Positions 7,462 through 17,700 of a stretch of DNA of 52,328 nucleotides are shown here, piece by piece. The DNA lies in the IMG/VR virus record IMGVR_UViG_3300010048_000016, positions 1-52,328 of that record; one strand, written 5' to 3'. A program made the position numbers and the translations under genes. The notes beneath the pieces were generated by a model. The model was not told where the DNA came from and made no database searches. It saw only the letters and a list, made by a program, of their open reading frames with translations. This DNA is from a virus (lineage: Duplodnaviria; Caudoviricetes). Every line of letters starts with the position of its first letter. Position 1 is the first letter of the stretch.

Positions 7462-9072
7462 GTGTCGAATCTCGTACAGCGGGCGCGACGGTCCGTAAGC
7501 CGGTCGGGTAGCCCCTGGCCGCTGCTGACGCTCGATCAACTGCCTGCGTGGATGGGGCAGTTCGGCTACCAGGGCCTTGGCTACGGGCCCGCTCTGATCC
7601 AGACCTACCAGCAGAAGACCGAGACGATTCAGTCGGACTTCGTTGGTTATATCAATGGGGCCTACAAGACCAACGGACCGGTCTTTGCCTGCGTCCTGAT
7701 GCGGATGCTGCTGTTCAGCGAGATGACCTTCCAGTTCCGAGGCTCCAACAACGGTCGTCCAGGCAAGCTCTACGGCACCAAGGCTCTGAGACTCCTCGAG
7801 GAACCCTGGCAGAACGCCACAACCGGTGACCTTCTGACGCGGATGGAGGTCGACCTCAGCCTATCTGGCAATTTCTATGCGACCACTGTGCCTGACAAGA
7901 CGATGGCCAGCGGCCAGCGTGTCTGCCGGATGCGACCAGACTGGGTGACGATCATTCTCGGCTCGCTCGAGGATCACACAGTCGATGCCTTCGATCCCAC
8001 CGCTGTGAAGATCGGCTACCTGTACACGCCGGGAGGCCCTGGCTCTGGTCTACCGCCGAAGCTCTACCAGCCCGACAGGGTCTGCCACTACGCGGTGGTG
8101 CCAGACCCGATGGCGCACTTCCGGGGCATGTCGTGGCTGCAGCCGGTGCTGGCAGACATCATGGGCGACCGCTCAATGACCACCCATAAGCTGATGTTCT
8201 TCGAGAACGGAGCTACGCCCAACCTGGTGGTCTCGATGGACACCAACTTCAAGGATCGTAAGACCTTCACCGACTGGGTCAACACCTTCCGCGCAGAGCA
8301 CGAAGGCTCATTCAATGCCTATAAGACTCTGTACCTGGGTCACGGGTCGACGGCTCAGGTGATTGGCTCGACCATCAAGGACCTGGACTATCGGGTGGTC
8401 CAGAGCCACGGTGAAGCTCGTATCGCTTCGGCAGCCGGTCTACCACCGATCATCATGGGCTTTCAGGCCGGGTTGGAGGCCTCCACTTACTCCAACTACG
8501 GTCAGGCCCGTAGAGCTGCCGCAGACCAGTTGCTCCGACCGCTCTGGCGCAACGCTGCTGGGTCACTTGCACCGTTGGTTGAGGTGCCGGGCGGCTCGGA
8601 GCTCTGGTACGACGACCGGGACATTTCGTTCCTACAGGCAGACCTTTCTGACCAGGCGGATGTGCAGCTCACCAAAGCGACTGCCATCCGCCTTCTTGTT
8701 GATTCAGGCTACGAGCCAGACAGTGTGGTCGACGCAGTCGAGGCTGATGACTACACGCTCTTGAAGCACTCGGGTCTGTACTCGGTACAGCTGCAAGCAC
8801 CGAGTACGACGCTGCTACCAGCCGTAGGCGCAGGCTGGGAACCGGGTCCAGGGACACCACCTCCCACCCCTGGTCAAGGACCTCCGAGTCAGGGCAACGG
8901 CTCCAACGGCAAGCCGACTGGCACCCAGCCTGCGCCGGGAGCCTTGCCTGCTGGCAAGCGGAGCGCCACAATAGCCGGAAACGTCAGTAATGTTCCACAA
9001 CTCGCGCAGGCGCTTATTGCGGCACGGCGAGGCGAGAAAAGCAATAAGCGAGGCGAGAATGGCCATCTCTGA
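7462..9072 (+). CDS. Portal protein (HK97 family)
   Basis: VFACV, LSGNFY, MRPDWV, GMSWL, FFENGATP, IASAAGLPPIIMG, TYSN; position after terminase. Confidence 0.93.
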   Translation: MSNLVQRARRSVSRSGSPWPLLTLDQLPAWMGQFGYQGLGYGPALIQTYQQKTETIQSDFVGYINGAYKTNGPVFACVLMRMLLFSEMTFQFRGSNNGRPGKLYGTKALRLLEEPWQNATTGDLLTRMEVDLSLSGNFYATTVPDKTMASGQRVCRMRPDWVTIILGSLEDHTVDAFDPTAVKIGYLYTPGGPGSGLPPKLYQPDRVCHYAVVPDPMAHFRGMSWLQPVLADIMGDRSMTTHKLMFFENGATPNLVVSMDTNFKDRKTFTDWVNTFRAEHEGSFNAYKTLYLGHGSTAQVIGSTIKDLDYRVVQSHGEARIASAAGLPPIIMGFQAGLEASTYSNYGQARRAAADQLLRPLWRNAAGSLAPLVEVPGGSELWYDDRDISFLQADLSDQADVQLTKATAIRLLVDSGYEPDSVVDAVEADDYTLLKHSGLYSVQLQAPSTTLLPAVGAGWEPGPGTPPPTPGQGPPSQGNGSNGKPTGTQPAPGALPAGKRSATIAGNVSNVPQLAQALIAARRGEKSNKRGENGHL

Positions 9073-10630
9073 CAAAGAGCGGATCTCCGAAGACAAGTGG
9101 GACGGCTCCGCTGGTCGCTTCACCGACGAACAGTATGAGAGCTCCTGCGTGCTGGACCGAAAGGTGTGTGGCGAGGAGTGGGCTGACAAGCCTCCCAAGA
9201 CGCGCTGCTCACTGCCGATCAAGGAGCCTGGCGGGGAGCTGTCTCGTGCTGGCGTACACGCTGCCGCAGCTCGGATCAATCAGGTGGAGAATGCCTGCCC
9301 GGAGGCGCTCGCTTCGGCCAAGGCAAAGCTTCGTAGCGCATACAAGACACTCGGTGAAGATCCACCCGACTCGCTGAGCTCGAGCAAGTCAGACCAGGCC
9401 TCAACGGTCTACCGTGACCGGGCGCTGGCCTCGCTTGAGCATGAGTGGGAGCTCCGTGAGAAGCCTGAGCCTGGCTATCTGGGAACACTCGCCGGACACT
9501 TCGCCGTGTTTGACCGCTGGACGGAAATCGACTCTCCACTGGAGGGTCACTTCATGGAGCGTCTGGCTCCAGGAGCATTCACCAAGACCTTCTCTGAGAA
9601 CCGCAAGAACATGCGCGTGCTGCTCAATCACGGCAAGGATCCCAGTGTCGGCATGAAGCCGCTGGGGCCGATCCGCGAGCTCGGTGAGGACTCAAGCGGA
9701 GCCTTCTATGAGGTGGCACTGCTCGACACCTCCTATAACCGCGACCTGGTGCCAGGGCTCAAGGAGGGCTTGTTCGGGGCGAGCTTCCGTTTCCAGATCA
9801 GGCGCGAGGACTTCGACCAGTTCCCCGATCGCTCAGACCACAACCCCGAGGGGATCCCGGAATCAACGATTCGCGAATGCAAGGTCAAGGAGTTCGGGCC
9901 TGTCACCTTCGGCCAGTACGAGACAGCTACGGCCGGGTTGCGCTCGCTCAACGATGACCTTGTGGGCCTCGAGCTCAATCTGATGGCACGCTCAGACCCG
10001 GGGGCCGTGGCGCGGTTTGCTCGTGCCATCGCTGAGGAGCATGAGCTTCAGGAGACCGGCTTTCAATCCAATCGTCTGATGGTGCCCTTCGTTCAGAGCG
10101 CCTCGCCCAACTTCACGGTGTCCGTGACCACGGATAACCCCGGTGCCAACGTTGGCACAGGAGCAGAAGAGCGCACAAAGCCGGATCAGGAGCGCAACGA
10201 TCCCACCAATGTGGACGGCTCAATCCTCTGGGCGCTGCAGGACCTCAAAGCCCACGTTGCCCAGGTCAAGGGCATGCAACTCACGGATCCAGATGACGAT
10301 GACTCAGACGACGACGCGGTTATGTCTGCTCTGGATGACGTTGAGGATGCAGTGGATGCCGCCATCAAAGCCCAGGCTGCCGATTGTCGCCCAGACGATA
10401 ACGGCGATGACGGTGATGATGACAGCGGACCAATGGGCATGTTCTCCGAAGCAGAATCGGAGGACGACAAAGCCCGAGAGGACGAAGAGACTTCACCCGT
10501 AAAACCAGCACCAAGCGCACTCGCAGACCGAGCGCCGGTCCGGGGCCCAACGCCACCGGGAGCCACCCTCAAGAAGCGTGCAGCGCTCCTCACCCATCGC
10601 ACCGATAAGGAGCCGACATGGAGGTTGTAG
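9059..10630 (+). CDS. HK97-family prohead protease with N-terminal extension and acidic scaffold-like C-terminus
   Basis: GHFAVFD, FMERLAPGAF, LLNHG, GASFRF, EFGPVTF; D/E-rich tail. Confidence 0.9.
   Translation: MAISDKERISEDKWDGSAGRFTDEQYESSCVLDRKVCGEEWADKPPKTRCSLPIKEPGGELSRAGVHAAAARINQVENACPEALASAKAKLRSAYKTLGEDPPDSLSSSKSDQASTVYRDRALASLEHEWELREKPEPGYLGTLAGHFAVFDRWTEIDSPLEGHFMERLAPGAFTKTFSENRKNMRVLLNHGKDPSVGMKPLGPIRELGEDSSGAFYEVALLDTSYNRDLVPGLKEGLFGASFRFQIRREDFDQFPDRSDHNPEGIPESTIRECKVKEFGPVTFGQYETATAGLRSLNDDLVGLELNLMARSDPGAVARFARAIAEEHELQETGFQSNRLMVPFVQSASPNFTVSVTTDNPGANVGTGAEERTKPDQERNDPTNVDGSILWALQDLKAHVAQVKGMQLTDPDDDDSDDDAVMSALDDVEDAVDAAIKAQAADCRPDDNGDDGDDDSGPMGMFSEAESEDDKAREDEETSPVKPAPSALADRAPVRGPTPPGATLKKRAALLTHRTDKEPTWRL
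10143..10158. promoter_or_regulatory. 16-bp palindrome copy (intragenic, protease linker)
   Basis: Exact GTGCCAACGTTGGCAC; encodes GANVGT. Confidence 0.7.
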
Positions 10631-12150
10631 TCAATGGCCGTGTCTGTCCGCCAATCGCGGGCGGGGCACCGACCATCGAGGAGCTCAAGCATCGCAATGA
10701 CGAGATCAAAGCTCGTCTGCTTGAGATGAACCAGCAGGCTCAGGGACGTCAGTTCTCTGATCAAGAGCGTGACGAGTGGAATCAGCTCTCCACCGAGCAC
10801 ACCAACAACGAAGAGGCGATTGACGAGGGCTCCAAGCGCGACGCTTGGCTCACAGAGCTCTCGCAGCGCGACGCCAACCGGGAGGCAGGGACGAGCTTCA
10901 ACATCCCTACGGCACGGTCCCAGACAGCCCGCGAGGACCTCTGGGACATGACGACCATCCGGTCGGCCTTCGCTTCTCCAGAGGCGCAGCTGGCCGAAGC
11001 CCGGGATCGCTGTAAGCGGGCGATCGATGAGTTCGTCTTCCCGCATCCGGATGTGCAGGCAGGCAGGATGCAGCGTAGCTTCATCCAGAACCATCTCAAC
11101 ACCCTGCTCGAGACCGCCGACACCTCGCGCGGCGACCTCTCGATGTACATGCTGCGTGCCGGTTCGCCGCTGTACAAGCGGGCCTTCTCGAAGACCGCTA
11201 TGGGTCAGTCACTGACCACGGATGAGACTCGAGCGCTGGCGGAGTCGACAGGCTCGACGGGTGGCTATGCCATCCCGATCACCCTGGACCCAACGCTGAT
11301 CCCGATCTCGAACGGCGTGGTCAACCCGATGCGCCGGGTGGCTCGAATCGAGACCATCGTAGGCCTCGAGTACCGTGGTCTGACGGCTGGCGCGGTGACT
11401 GCCTCCTACGCCCAGGAAGGTACTGAGGCGTCGGACAACTCACCGACGATCGCTCAGCCGGACGTGTTTGTGGAGCGGGCGCAGACCTTCGTCCCATACT
11501 CGATCGAAATCGGGATGGACTGGACGGGGCTGCAGGCCAACCTGGCACGTCTGATCACGGACGCCAAGGATGTGCTGGAGGGCAACAAGTTCACGCTTGG
11601 TGCCGGGCACAGCTCATTCGAGCCCTCAGGTCTGCTGACCGGAGCCACGACCACAACGGCTACGGGCAGCGCCGCATCGTTCGCGATCGGTGATCTGTAC
11701 GCGCTCGAGGAAGCGCTTCCTCCGCGCTTCCGTCCACTGGGGCAGTTCTTCGGGAACCGCCACGTCTACAACCTGATCCGTCAGTTTGGCGCGAACGCCA
11801 ACCAGAACCTGTGGATGAGCTTCGCTCTGACGAGTGGTGGTCCACTTGCTCAGGGACTGGAGAATCGTCCATTCGGTGAGGGCGGTGCGCTCGGGCAGCT
11901 GCTGCTGGGCTACCCGACCAACGAAGTGTCGGACATGGTGACGACGCTCACTACCGGCTCGAAGATCCTGGCGCTGGGTGATCCCGACTACTACCTGATC
12001 GTGGACCGGATCGGGATGCAAGTCGAGTTCGTCCCGCATCTATTCGGGTCCAACCGGCGACCGACCGGCCAGCGCGGCCTGTTTGCGTATTGGCGCAATA
12101 CCGGTGTGGTGGTGGATCCAGCTGCTTGGAGGGTGCTCACCACGGCCTGA
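10618..12150 (+). CDS. Major capsid protein (HK97 fold) with N-terminal coiled-coil delta domain
   Basis: STGGYAIP, AQEG, LLGYP, LGDPDYYLIVDRIG, GQRGLFAYWR, PAAWRVL. Confidence 0.95.
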   Translation: MEVVVNGRVCPPIAGGAPTIEELKHRNDEIKARLLEMNQQAQGRQFSDQERDEWNQLSTEHTNNEEAIDEGSKRDAWLTELSQRDANREAGTSFNIPTARSQTAREDLWDMTTIRSAFASPEAQLAEARDRCKRAIDEFVFPHPDVQAGRMQRSFIQNHLNTLLETADTSRGDLSMYMLRAGSPLYKRAFSKTAMGQSLTTDETRALAESTGSTGGYAIPITLDPTLIPISNGVVNPMRRVARIETIVGLEYRGLTAGAVTASYAQEGTEASDNSPTIAQPDVFVERAQTFVPYSIEIGMDWTGLQANLARLITDAKDVLEGNKFTLGAGHSSFEPSGLLTGATTTTATGSAASFAIGDLYALEEALPPRFRPLGQFFGNRHVYNLIRQFGANANQNLWMSFALTSGGPLAQGLENRPFGEGGALGQLLLGYPTNEVSDMVTTLTTGSKILALGDPDYYLIVDRIGMQVEFVPHLFGSNRRPTGQRGLFAYWRNTGVVVDPAAWRVLTTA

Positions 12151-12151
12151 T

Positions 12152-12204
12152 TCTTGGACGTAAGATGGGACGTCATAAGACTTATGACGTCCCACCGTCC
12201 GAGA
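12152..12204 (+). terminator. Long stem-loop immediately after the capsid gene (mRNA stabiliser/terminator or operator)
   Basis: TGGGACGTCATAAG-A-CTTATGACGTCCCA perfect 14-bp arms (12166-12194), extendable by TCTTGGACG/CGTCCGAGA; no U-tract. Confidence 0.6.
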
Positions 12205-12213
12205 GGAGATCGT

Positions 12214-12531
12214 ATGCCCAATAACCCCGACCAGATCCTCGAGGCCACCGAAGGATTTGTCTGCGATCTAGACGGAGAGCGCTTCGTCGTGCAGACCATG
12301 ATCACGAGGGTCCACGCATCGCACAAGCTGGCCAAGGCGTATCCCACGCGCTTTCGCCCGATTGAGGATGACCTGTCCTATGTCGACGATGCGACTACAA
12401 CCAACGAGCCCGGCCAGGTGGCTGGACGGTCTCGTATCACCCGGCAGAAGGCCGTTCATCATGACCCTGAGGCTGAGACCGTCAGGGAACCCACCAAGGC
12501 AACAGCCAAGGCGACAGCTACTAAGGAGTAA
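12214..12531 (+). CDS. Hypothetical protein (head-associated position)
   Basis: ATG at 12214 after GAGGAG. Confidence 0.75.
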   Translation: MPNNPDQILEATEGFVCDLDGERFVVQTMITRVHASHKLAKAYPTRFRPIEDDLSYVDDATTTNEPGQVAGRSRITRQKAVHHDPEAETVREPTKATAKATATKE

Positions 12532-12534
12532 CGA

Positions 12535-12873
12535 ATGGAAGGTTCGTCCTCACCGCCTCCGAGCTCACCGCCGCCAGCCCCGAAGCCACCCGAGCAACCA
12601 GCCCAAGCACAGGAGGAACCAAAGATGGCAGGTAACGGAGGCGCAGCAGCTGCCGAGGCTGCACGTGCCAAGAAGTACAACGAAGATGCTGAGGCTGCGG
12701 CAGTCGCGGCTGTCGAGGCTTCGGCTGCGGCTACTCAGGCTGCCCGGGAGGAGTTCGAGGCTTCAGAGCGCCAGCTGGTCCACGATCAGATCAGGGAAGC
12801 GGAAGCTGCCATGCGCGGTCCCAATCAGGAGATCGGCACTCCAGGAGATCCCACCAAGGGCCCATCGAGCTAA
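12535..12873 (+). CDS. Hypothetical P/A/E-rich protein
   Basis: AAGGAG RBS; alternative start at MAGNGG after GGAGG. Confidence 0.65.
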   Translation: MEGSSSPPPSSPPPAPKPPEQPAQAQEEPKMAGNGGAAAAEAARAKKYNEDAEAAAVAAVEASAAATQAAREEFEASERQLVHDQIREAEAAMRGPNQEIGTPGDPTKGPSS

Positions 12874-12902
12874 CCACCTAAGAACTAGCGGGGGAGGACG
12901 TC

Positions 12903-13517
12903 ATGCCAGACGCACATGCGAACTTCGCGATCAGTGCAGTGGTCACCGCGCCCTCTCCTGCTACTTCCGGGACATCTCTGACGGTCAGTTCCGGGGAGGG
13001 TGCGAAGTTCCCTACGCCTCCGTTCAACGCAACGGTATGGGCCACCGGAACAACGCCCATCACCACCAACGCCGAGATCATCCGGGTCACGGCTCGGGCC
13101 ACTGACACTTTTACGATCGTCAGAGCTCAGGAGGGCAGCTCCGCTCGCACGATCATCTCAACGGATCAGATCATGGCTGCGATCACGGCCAAGACGCTGA
13201 CCGACCTCGAGCGCGCTGCTTCCACTACGCAGGCCACTAGCTATACCTTTGCGTTGGGCGATGCCAACACTGTGGTTGAGAGCACCAGCGCTACGGCGAT
13301 CAACTTCACGATCCCGCCCAACTCCTCGGTGGCCTTTCCGATCGGCACAGTCATCGAAATCCTTCAGTACGGGGCGGGCACTGTCACGATCGTTGCCGGT
13401 TCGGGTGTGACGCTGCGATCCAACGGCTCCAAGGTCAACACCTCTGCGCAGTATGCGACGGCTGGCATCCGCCAGCGTGCCGCCAACGAGTGGGTTCTGA
13501 GTGGAGACCTTGCATGA
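12903..13517 (+). CDS. Putative virion structural protein
   Basis: GGAGG RBS; N-terminal domain with EIIRVTAR..DTFTIVRAQEG; C-terminal beta domain (FPIGTVIEILQYGAGTVTIVAGSGVTL ... WVLSGDL) typical of phage fiber/spike proteins. Confidence 0.75.
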   Translation: MPDAHANFAISAVVTAPSPATSGTSLTVSSGEGAKFPTPPFNATVWATGTTPITTNAEIIRVTARATDTFTIVRAQEGSSARTIISTDQIMAAITAKTLTDLERAASTTQATSYTFALGDANTVVESTSATAINFTIPPNSSVAFPIGTVIEILQYGAGTVTIVAGSGVTLRSNGSKVNTSAQYATAGIRQRAANEWVLSGDLA

Positions 13518-16500
13518 GTCCAATGCCCACCGTTGCGCGGCTGGCGCATCGTAGCCCTAATGCTGATAATGCAGCGCGAGCTAATGGGCCGCTTACTGGT
13601 GGAGGCTGGGTCGGCTGGGCTACTGCTCTGAACGTCACGAGCAATAAGTTTGTCGGTGGTGGCTCTGGGATGACCGGTAGCTATAGGACCGGCTCCTATC
13701 GAAACGATCAGTTTGCGCAGGCCCTAGTTGCAAGCGCCACGCTGAACACTGCTGACTACATCGGACCGACTGTACGGACTACCAGCGGTTCTAACTGCTA
13801 CTGCCTCGTCTACTTCAACAACAGTGGATCGTACGTCCTGCAGATCTACAAAATCGTCAGCGGGACAGGGACCCAGCTCGGATCCACCTACACAATCGGT
13901 GGGTCGCCCCTGGCCATAGGATCGGTGCTCAAGCTCACGGTCGAGGGAGCGCGTCTGAGAGGTTGGCTGAACGGTACCGCTGTAATCGAGACAGGCGACT
14001 TTACCTACCGGTCCGGTGGTACTCCTGGCCTCACGGCATTTGGGACGAGCGGTCAGGTCAACACCTTCACCTGTGGCAGCACCATCAAGGTGCCAACTGC
14101 CTTCGCTACGCCGGGGACGTTCTACTCGACTCCAAGTCTGGGCACCACCGAGGCGGGTGGGATCCAGGACTGGAACTTCGACACGACCAACAACCCGCAG
14201 GCGGGACATTCCCCAGCCCCTCAGAGCAGCGGTGGAGGGATGCTGCGAATCTTGCCGCCCACGAGTCCAGCTGCCGTACCGCATAACTTCCTGATCATCA
14301 CGCCGGTCGAGTCCGGCTTTCACTCGACTACCAACGGCAACGGTCTGGATGCGATCTCAGCAGCGGGTATGCACAATACGTGGAACCTGACGCTGGTCGA
14401 GGTCTCTTTCGGAAACAATGCCTGGATAGGGGACCACCCCACCGACACAACTCAGCGCAACGAAAGCACCGTTGCCACCGATGTGGTCAACTGGCTTCGA
14501 AGCAGTCCGTTTGCCCAGGGTGGCGAGCAGTTCTGGCACATCGGATTCTCCCGTGGAGGCCTCGGGGGGCTGGGCCTGATCTTCAAGCATCCCTACGTGT
14601 TCCAGAAAGAGGCGGTCTGGGATCACCCCTTCGACATGTGGGACTTCACCACCGCAGGCGCTGGCGGAACATCAGGTCCGTTCGGAACGCAGGACAACTT
14701 CAACCAGAACTACGCGCTGAGCTATCAGTTCTTCGAGGAGCTGATGTCTCCGTTCCTCGTCAATACGCGGCTCTGGTCAGGGGGCTATAGCGCTTTCCAG
14801 ACAGACCTGAACGACCTTCGGACGATGTACGCCGCCAAGGGCATTCAGTACACGGCCGGGACGCTGGCGGCTGCGAGCTCGCATAACTGGGCTCCCTCGC
14901 CCACGGGCGCGTGGGTCGCCAACGCGATCAATGCGATGGGAGCGATGACGGCATCAGCACCGAGCAACTCGGTGGCTCCCAGCTTGAGCGGCACGGTTGC
15001 TGTAGGCCAGGTGCTGACGTGCTCATCGGGCATTTGGTCTGACCCGACCTGCCAGTTCTACTACCAGTGGCAGACTGACGATGCAGTGCCCGGGACTTAT
15101 GCCGTAGTCAGCACTGGCGTCAGTGGTAACCAGTACACGATTCAGTCGGCTGACGGTGGTAACCATGTCCGCTGCGTCGTGACTGCGGTCTCGGTCAACG
15201 GCGGTACCAACTCGGTGACGACAACCGCTGTTCAACCTCCCGGCTCACCAGCCAATACGGTGCTGCCCGCTATCAGTGGTTCGACCGGGCTTGGTGCGAC
15301 GCTCACATGCAGCCAGGGCACATGGACCGGTGCTCCTACGTCCTACGGTTATCAGTGGCTGCGCAACGGAACCAACATCTCGGGTGCCACGGCCAGTACA
15401 TACGTGATCACGAGCACTGATCAGGGAACGTCGCTGACATGCACGGTCACGGCTACCAACTCCTTTGGCTCGAGGTCTGCTACCTCCAGCGCTTTGTCGA
15501 TTCCGCCTGGCCCACCAGTCAACACGACACTGCCGTTGATCTCCGGTTCCACCGGAGTGGGTTCTACTCTCGCTTGCTCGACGGGTGCCTGGACCTTCTC
15601 GCCGTCCTCCTACGCATACCAGTGGAAACGAGATGGCACGAACATCAGCGGTGCTACCTCGTCTGGCTATGTCGTTGTGAGCGCCGATCAGGGACACACA
15701 TTGGCATGTACCGTCACTGCTACCAATGTGACCGGGTCGAACTCTGCCACGGCTGTAGGTGTCTCGATTCCTGCAGGTAGCCCTGCCAATACTGTCCTGC
15801 CCGCAATCACCGGCTCTACATCGGTCGGTTCTACGCTCACATGCAGCCAGGGCACATGGACCAATTCTCCGACCGGATACACCTACCAGTGGTTGCGGGC
15901 CGGTACGAACATCAGTGGTGCTACCTCGAGCACCTATGTGGTCGCATCTGCCGATCAGGGATTCACGCTCACGTGCACGGTTACGGCTTCCAATGCATCC
16001 GGTTCAGGAACTGCTACCAGCTCTGGCGTAAATATTCCTGGAGCTGCACCGATCAACACGGTCCTACCGGCGATCAGCGGCAGCACAACAGTTGGCGCGA
16101 CGCTGACCTGCTCTCAGGGAACCTGGTCGAACTCTCCTACCAGCTACGCCTACCAGTGGTTGCAAGACGGAAGCAATATCAGCGGTGCTCTGTCGAGCAC
16201 CTACGTGATCGCATCGGGCGACCAGGGCCACACACTCAGCTGCACGGTCACGGCTACCAATGTGACTGGGTCTACACCTGCTACTGCCAGCGGCGTATCG
16301 ATTCCAGCTTCTGGTGTGCCTCAGCTTACGCTGACTCAGGTTCTCTCCGATAACTTCAATCGTGCCAACGGTGCGATTGTCGGTGCTAACAACTGGGCAG
16401 GTACCTCGGACAGTGGAATGACAATCGCGTCTAATGAGCTTGTGGGTACGGGTGGCTCGTTTGCCAGCAATTATCGAACTGAGACTGTCGGTAACGATCA

Positions 16501-17503
16501 GTACGGCCAGTTTACTCTCGGCACCGTTCCGAATCAGGTTGGTGGCTATGTCGGCGTTCTGTTGCGGCATAACTCCTCGAGCAACGCCGACTACACCGCT
16601 ATTGCGTACGACGCCGGTACCAACAACGGACAAGTTGGGATCTATCAGCGGACGGCCCCCGGTGGCTATACAGTGATTTCGAGCCAAGGAATCGGAGTCA
16701 ATTTTGCAACTGGAGATCAGTTTACGGCTTGGGTAATAGGAAACGTGCTGGGAGCCCTCATCACCACCACTCCGAACTTCGGTGGCTCATACCCGCACGT
16801 CCAGATAAGCGGTGCGAGCTGTATAGACACGACCATTGGGAGCGGTGGCTTCGTCGGGGTCAATACGTACGGCGGATCGATGACGATAGATAACTTCTCG
16901 GGCGGGAACGCATCGATGGGAGTTGCTCTGGGTGCTGCCATCAGCACCGACAACTTTAACCGGGCAAATGGTGCAGCCTCGAGTGGTCAGCCTTGGACAG
17001 CAATCACTTCCACGTTCAGCGGCACTGCATGTGTTGATGGGCAGATTGTGTCCAATCAGCTTGCCAACACTGGGTCGAACCATATGGGTGCCTACCGAAC
17101 TGAGACCTATAGCAACGATCAGTGGGCGACCATCACAATGGGCACCCCCGCGCTTACGACTAGCTCGAGTCCACCGTTCCTCGGAGCGCTGGTGCGATGG
17201 AACGGCTCTACCGGTTATCTGATCGTCTTCTTCGGATCGACCCCGAATGGTTTTGTTGGAATCTACGAGGCTATTGCCGGATCGGGCTCCGATCTACTTG
17301 CGGTCTCTGCCAGCCCGGGTACGTCGAGTCCATTCCCTACCGGCACTACTTTGACAGCCGTGGCCAAGGGTTCGCGTATCTCGGCTCGGATCAACGGAGT
17401 TGAGATGATATCTATCACCAATACGACCGTGACCAGCGGGCAGCCGGGTTATCTCCTCTTTCCGACCGTGTACGCCGACAACTTCTCTGCTGGAAATGTC
17501 TAG
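13514..17503 (+). CDS. Large multidomain virion/adhesin protein: beta-sandwich + alpha/beta-hydrolase-like + 5 Ig-like repeats + 2 beta-sandwich domains
   Basis: ATGA overlap at 13514; GFSRGG (GxSxG); five repeats PxNTVLPAISG..VG.TLTCSQGTW..PTSY.YQW...TCTVTATN; two DNFNRANG...DNFS domains. Confidence 0.8.
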   Translation: MSPMPTVARLAHRSPNADNAARANGPLTGGGWVGWATALNVTSNKFVGGGSGMTGSYRTGSYRNDQFAQALVASATLNTADYIGPTVRTTSGSNCYCLVYFNNSGSYVLQIYKIVSGTGTQLGSTYTIGGSPLAIGSVLKLTVEGARLRGWLNGTAVIETGDFTYRSGGTPGLTAFGTSGQVNTFTCGSTIKVPTAFATPGTFYSTPSLGTTEAGGIQDWNFDTTNNPQAGHSPAPQSSGGGMLRILPPTSPAAVPHNFLIITPVESGFHSTTNGNGLDAISAAGMHNTWNLTLVEVSFGNNAWIGDHPTDTTQRNESTVATDVVNWLRSSPFAQGGEQFWHIGFSRGGLGGLGLIFKHPYVFQKEAVWDHPFDMWDFTTAGAGGTSGPFGTQDNFNQNYALSYQFFEELMSPFLVNTRLWSGGYSAFQTDLNDLRTMYAAKGIQYTAGTLAAASSHNWAPSPTGAWVANAINAMGAMTASAPSNSVAPSLSGTVAVGQVLTCSSGIWSDPTCQFYYQWQTDDAVPGTYAVVSTGVSGNQYTIQSADGGNHVRCVVTAVSVNGGTNSVTTTAVQPPGSPANTVLPAISGSTGLGATLTCSQGTWTGAPTSYGYQWLRNGTNISGATASTYVITSTDQGTSLTCTVTATNSFGSRSATSSALSIPPGPPVNTTLPLISGSTGVGSTLACSTGAWTFSPSSYAYQWKRDGTNISGATSSGYVVVSADQGHTLACTVTATNVTGSNSATAVGVSIPAGSPANTVLPAITGSTSVGSTLTCSQGTWTNSPTGYTYQWLRAGTNISGATSSTYVVASADQGFTLTCTVTASNASGSGTATSSGVNIPGAAPINTVLPAISGSTTVGATLTCSQGTWSNSPTSYAYQWLQDGSNISGALSSTYVIASGDQGHTLSCTVTATNVTGSTPATASGVSIPASGVPQLTLTQVLSDNFNRANGAIVGANNWAGTSDSGMTIASNELVGTGGSFASNYRTETVGNDQYGQFTLGTVPNQVGGYVGVLLRHNSSSNADYTAIAYDAGTNNGQVGIYQRTAPGGYTVISSQGIGVNFATGDQFTAWVIGNVLGALITTTPNFGGSYPHVQISGASCIDTTIGSGGFVGVNTYGGSMTIDNFSGGNASMGVALGAAISTDNFNRANGAASSGQPWTAITSTFSGTACVDGQIVSNQLANTGSNHMGAYRTETYSNDQWATITMGTPALTTSSSPPFLGALVRWNGSTGYLIVFFGSTPNGFVGIYEAIAGSGSDLLAVSASPGTSSPFPTGTTLTAVAKGSRISARINGVEMISITNTTVTSGQPGYLLFPTVYADNFSAGNV
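14956..16310 (+). repeat. Five tandem ~86-aa Ig-like coding repeats
   Basis: Visible at protein and DNA level (e.g. TGCAGCCAGGGCACATGGACC recurs at ~15308 and ~15842). Confidence 0.85.
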
Positions 17504-17505
17504 TC

Positions 17506-17700
17506 ATGATCGGAGGCGAATATCCCGCCCAGAGCATGTTTGGTGGCATACCTATGTCTCCTGGCATTGCGCCTCCGCCACCTCCACCGACCGGGATCCC
17601 CAAGCTCTCAATGCCAAGCCAGCTTACGGTTGTTGCGTCCTGGGGATTTCGCCAGCTGACGATCGATGAATACGACACTACGCTGAGGATCGTCCAGTAA
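17506..17700 (+). CDS. Small hypothetical protein
   Basis: Fills the gap and is coupled (TAATG) to the next gene. Confidence 0.6.
   Translation: MIGGEYPAQSMFGGIPMSPGIAPPPPPPTGIPKLSMPSQLTVVASWGFRQLTIDEYDTTLRIVQ

Noticed and set aside
10186-11094. Long antisense ORFs (e.g. 10186..11094, 28934..29740, 50619..51533)
   Set aside because: Shadow ORFs opposite well-supported genes, expected in high-GC DNA.
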